DNA of 64,000 bases from NCBI RefSeq assembly GCF_044704955.1, contig NC_091992.1:53196001-53260000 (forward strand). Direction: 5' to 3'. Within the stretch, counting starts at the first letter, position 1. The number at the start of each line of letters is the position of its first letter. The DNA comes from Pristiophorus japonicus (Eukaryota). Made by a program: the position numbers and the translations under genes. The notes beneath the pieces are model-generated. The model made no database searches, had not been told where the DNA came from, and saw only the letters and a program-made list of their open reading frames with translations. Shown piece after piece: positions 63,107 through 64,000 of the stretch.

Positions 63107-63883
63107 GGTGTCTGGAAAAATTTGCGTTTCTCACCATTTGGGGCAGTAACCTTTGCGAGGCCGGACATTTTGCGTCTGGCGTAGAAATCCTGCCCCGGAA
63201 TTGAAATTGGGCTTACCGTCCCCGAGAGGAAGTGGAGCGCAATGTCGGGTGCTCCACTTCCTGTCGGGGCTGGCTCGGGGCGCGCTACCCGAGCGAAAAA
63301 TTGGAGCGCTACGCAGCCTCTCCACGTAGCCTTTCCAAGGGCCCTCCCCTTCCGTTAACGGGAAGGGCACGCTGCGAGTCTGCAGGGTTTTCAGGAGCCT
63401 ACACTAGGCTACCGGGGATGCGGGGGGCCTTGGCCGCAGCCCGACACCGAAACGGAGTACCGGGCTGCACGATCGTGGCACAGACCCGGTGAATATCGGC
63501 ACTGAGGCCGGACCGGTACGTTGGAGGGCAGCGCAAAAGGGAACCACTCACCTCCCCTTTAACTTTCGCCCCACGAGCAGAGTGCGACCCAGTTTGCAAC
63601 CCGCAAGGCTGGCACTGACCACGGCAGCCTCACAGGGCGCTGCCCGATTTCTGCCGTGGAGTGACAAGGGGCCACCGCGCACGCCGATGACGTCATCGCC
63701 GGAAGCGCAGCGGTCCGAGGCGCTACCAGCGAGGGCACGGCACTACTGGTTTCGCGCTTCTGCTAACTCCCGTGCAATTTCACGGGAGCCGGTAGCGCTC
63801 TCTTTTCCCCCCCCCCCCCTCCTCCCGGATGAAAACAGTAACATTAACGCTAGCGGGAGGTGCACAGCAGTGGAATTTAGCCC
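63107..63883. mobile_element. GC-rich Harbinger-type MITE, inverse relative of 48978-49655
   Basis: Right end GGAATTTAGCCC; shares CCTCCCCTTTAACTT and the AGGAAGTGGAGC hairpin. The left end is approximate. Confidence 0.7.
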
Positions 63884-63894
63884 TCGTAGTGTTT

Positions 63895-64000
63895 TCCTCT
63901 TTTTATTCGTTCATAGGATGTGGGCATCGCTGGCAAGGCCAGCATTTATTGGCCATCCCTAATTACCCTTGAGAAGGTGGTGGTGACCCACCTTCATGAA
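63895..64000 (-). mobile_element. LINE/SINE 3' tail
   Basis: The reverse complement GGGATGGCCAATAAATGCTGGCCTTGCCAGCGATGCCCACATCC resembles 18300-18350. Confidence 0.55.

Overview
Eukaryotic vertebrate genomic DNA, inferred to be from a cartilaginous fish because of its CR1/L2/RTE LINE, Deu-type SINE and Harbinger MITE content. Two spliced + strand genes are present that the ORF track largely misses. LRWD1/ORCA contributes its last six coding exons (WD40 region, 4237-21887, stop TAA at 21885-21887). BCKDK contributes a candidate promoter and its first three coding exons (36580-60793). All exon phases join in frame across GT-AG introns. Most of the remaining sequence is transposon-derived: many CR1 LINE copies (one keeping the ORF1 esterase, APE and RT regions), a full-length decayed Gypsy LTR element with LTRs, PBS, PPT and 5-bp TSD, a solo LTR and a truncated LTR, an L2, an RTE fragment plus RTE-tailed non-autonomous elements, two decayed PIF/Harbinger transposases, several Harbinger-type MITE families and a ~41-bp minisatellite. 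I found no clearly new biological system. The best leads are uORFs upstream of BCKDK, a possible splice-versus-polyadenylation choice in the LRWD1 3' UTR, a structured RTE-mobilised element, and a chimeric C-rich MITE. All homology calls come from recalled motifs, not database searches.
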